From NCBI RefSeq assembly GCF_000015145.1, contig NC_008818.1, forward strand, positions 480,001 to 512,000: DNA of 32,000 nucleotides, in the 5' to 3' direction. A program made the position numbers and the translations under genes. The notes below the pieces were generated by a model. That model saw nothing but the letters and a program-made list of their open reading frames with translations. It ran no database searches and was not told the origin of the DNA. Of the stretch, positions 31,691-32,000 are shown piece after piece (position 1 is the stretch's first letter; every line of letters begins with the position of its first letter). The stretch comes from Hyperthermus butylicus DSM 5456. GTDB taxonomy: Archaea; Thermoproteota; Thermoprotei_A; Sulfolobales; Pyrodictiaceae.

Positions 31691-32000
31691 GTGGGTGACC
31701 CGAAGAAGCCCCGTAAGAAGTGGATGGGTCCCAAGCACCCCTGGATTAAGGAGAGGCTTGTACGTGAGCTAGAACTGGTTGGTAGGTACGGGCTGCGTAA
31801 CAAGCGTGAGCTATGGAAGCTTGAGACTCTTGCTCGCTACTTCCGTCACCGTGCGCGTTCGCTGCTAGCTCTCCCACCCGAGGTACGTGAAAAGGAAGAA
31901 AAGGCACTGCTGGCAAGGCTTAATGAGCTAGGTGTGCTGCCGGAGAATGCAACGCTTGACGACGTACTGAACCTAACAGCAGAGCACTTCCTCGAGAGGA
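31691..32000 (+). CDS. rps4: 30S ribosomal protein S4 (uS4), N-terminal 103 codons; continues beyond the window
   Basis: Absent from the track because it is open at the edge. Hand translation from GTG 31691 gives VGDPKKPRKKWMGPKHPWIKERLVRELELVGRYGLRNKRELWKLETLARYFRHRARSLLALPPEVREKEEKALLARLNELGVL..., the archaeal uS4 N-terminus. A GGGGTG lies upstream. The gene order S13-S4 is the conserved archaeal operon order. Confidence 0.9.
   Translation, partial: MGDPKKPRKKWMGPKHPWIKERLVRELELVGRYGLRNKRELWKLETLARYFRHRARSLLALPPEVREKEEKALLARLNELGVLPENATLDDVLNLTAEHFLER

Noticed and set aside
1-32000. Scan of the whole window for CRISPR repeats, IS elements, transposases, toxin-antitoxin pairs and known defence genes.
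   Set aside because: I saw no regularly spaced direct repeats of CRISPR size. I saw no terminal inverted repeats flanking an ORF, and no recognisable transposase, integrase, Cas, restriction or TA protein signatures among the ORFs.

Overview
Compact, gene-dense chromosomal segment that looks like a hyperthermophilic crenarchaeon. Gene content and protein sequences look Desulfurococcales/Pyrodictiaceae-like, but the taxon is my unverified inference. I can support about 30 protein genes, two divergent tRNAs (Gly-UCC and Phe-GAA, both with encoded CCA) and a few candidate small RNAs. From left to right the window holds: an apparent operon of an amidohydrolase-like protein, an aIF-2B-alpha-like protein and ribose-1,5-bisphosphate isomerase (cut by the window edge); MoaB; a SagB-type dehydrogenase; form III RuBisCO; a large secreted clan-CD (C25/gingipain-like) peptidase homologue; phosphoglycolate phosphatase; CTP-type riboflavin kinase overlapping two radical-SAM genes; precorrin-2 dehydrogenase; a NOL1/NOP2/Sun RNA m5C methyltransferase; two unknowns, one a small wHTH-like protein; TrkH; an S9 acylaminoacyl peptidase; archease, a flavin reductase and RtcB; an SQR-like flavoprotein with a DUF1641-like partner; sufCBD; a PAPS-reductase-family PP-loop enzyme; the tRNA pair; and the start of the S13-S4 ribosomal protein operon. 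I saw no CRISPR array, transposase, intact integrase or recognisable defence genes, so most of this is ordinary core genome. Five observations deserve a second look. (1) A degenerate direct copy of the 3' half of tRNA-Gly lies 2 kb from the intact gene and brackets the PAPS-reductase-like gene, which looks like an old integration scar. (2) A good C/D box sRNA candidate upstream of rps13 has a guide complementary to the 16S 530 loop. (3) The R15P-isomerase operon contains two partners with degenerate-looking catalytic motifs. (4) The ribK plus two radical-SAM genes may be coupled, and the pair may be LipS1/LipS2-like. (5) The secreted peptidase carries a caspase-like AHG...PACRVG dyad. All motif positions, alignments and RNA folds were done by hand and need computational confirmation.
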